Shown piece by piece: positions 63,968 through 64,000 of a DNA stretch of 64,000 nucleotides (positions within the stretch are counted from its first letter, which is position 1; each line of letters opens with the position of its first letter). Source of the DNA: a virus (taxonomy: Duplodnaviria > Heunggongvirae > Uroviricota > Caudoviricetes). Position numbers and translations under genes: made by a program. The DNA lies in the IMG/VR virus record IMGVR_UViG_3300035501_000173; one strand, given 5' to 3'. The notes under the pieces are model-generated. The model had not been told where the DNA came from and ran no database searches. It saw nothing but the letters and a program-made list of their open reading frames with translations.

Positions 63968-64000
63968 ATGGCATGTTCACTAGACATAAATGAAAAAGTT
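63968..64000 (+). CDS. start of the next gene (MACSLDINEKV...), truncated by the window end
   Basis: ATG after an AT-rich spacer; open to the window end; only 11 codons visible. Confidence 0.45.
   Translation, partial: MACSLDINEKV

Larger units (their letters stand above)
1..64000 (+). other. crAss-like phage late-gene region using TAG=Gln (translation table 15)
   Basis: Same-frame ORF fragments are separated only by TAG. Joined genes end in TAA/TGA with TAATG (12609, 34827, 35513, 44555) or ATGA (293, 36534, 52196) coupling. A crAss-type major capsid protein and neighbours are present. Confidence 0.95.

Noticed and set aside
1-64000. Amber suppressor tRNA, release factor or aminoacyl-tRNA synthetase
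   Set aside because: Intergenic gaps are short and contain only terminator-like hairpins; no cloverleaf was seen. These elements may lie outside the window (a tRNAscan/ARAGORN run would settle it).
1-64000. Introns, inteins or homing endonucleases, common in some Crassvirales
   Set aside because: Genes read continuously and no LAGLIDADG, HNH, GIY-YIG or intein splice motifs were recognised.

Overview
The window is a continuous, all-plus-strand late (virion) gene region of a crAss-like bacteriophage (Crassvirales; the gene set recalls the delta/Suoliviridae-like lineages, by inference) with a likely Bacteroidota host. The standard-code ORF track is badly fragmented because TAG is read as Gln (translation table 15). 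When TAG is read through, the fragments join into about 30 tightly packed genes that all end in TAA or TGA, often overlapping the next start (TAATG/ATGA). TAG also falls on invariant Gln positions, such as helicase motifs GDxxQ and AQGxE. Gene order: tail fibres (one with a Peptidase_S74 chaperone); a lamin-tail/metallophosphoesterase protein translationally coupled to a 2505-aa CotH-like kinase/LRR protein; HTH, zincin-like and Gln-rich small genes; a split tail protein; scaffold-like gene; major capsid protein; ring, auxiliary capsid, tubular and stabilisation genes; then cargo genes, including a 3288-aa protein with an SF1 helicase. No portal, terminase, tRNA, release factor, CRISPR array or RNAP catalytic motif was recognised. 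The most interesting signals are the kinase/phosphatase pair, amber codons clustered at codons 8-11 (including the only amber in the capsid gene), amber avoidance in probable high-copy genes, and a recurrent [KQR]-x-G-G motif in cargo proteins. Gene boundaries and counts were read by hand; family assignments come from motif recognition, not database searches.
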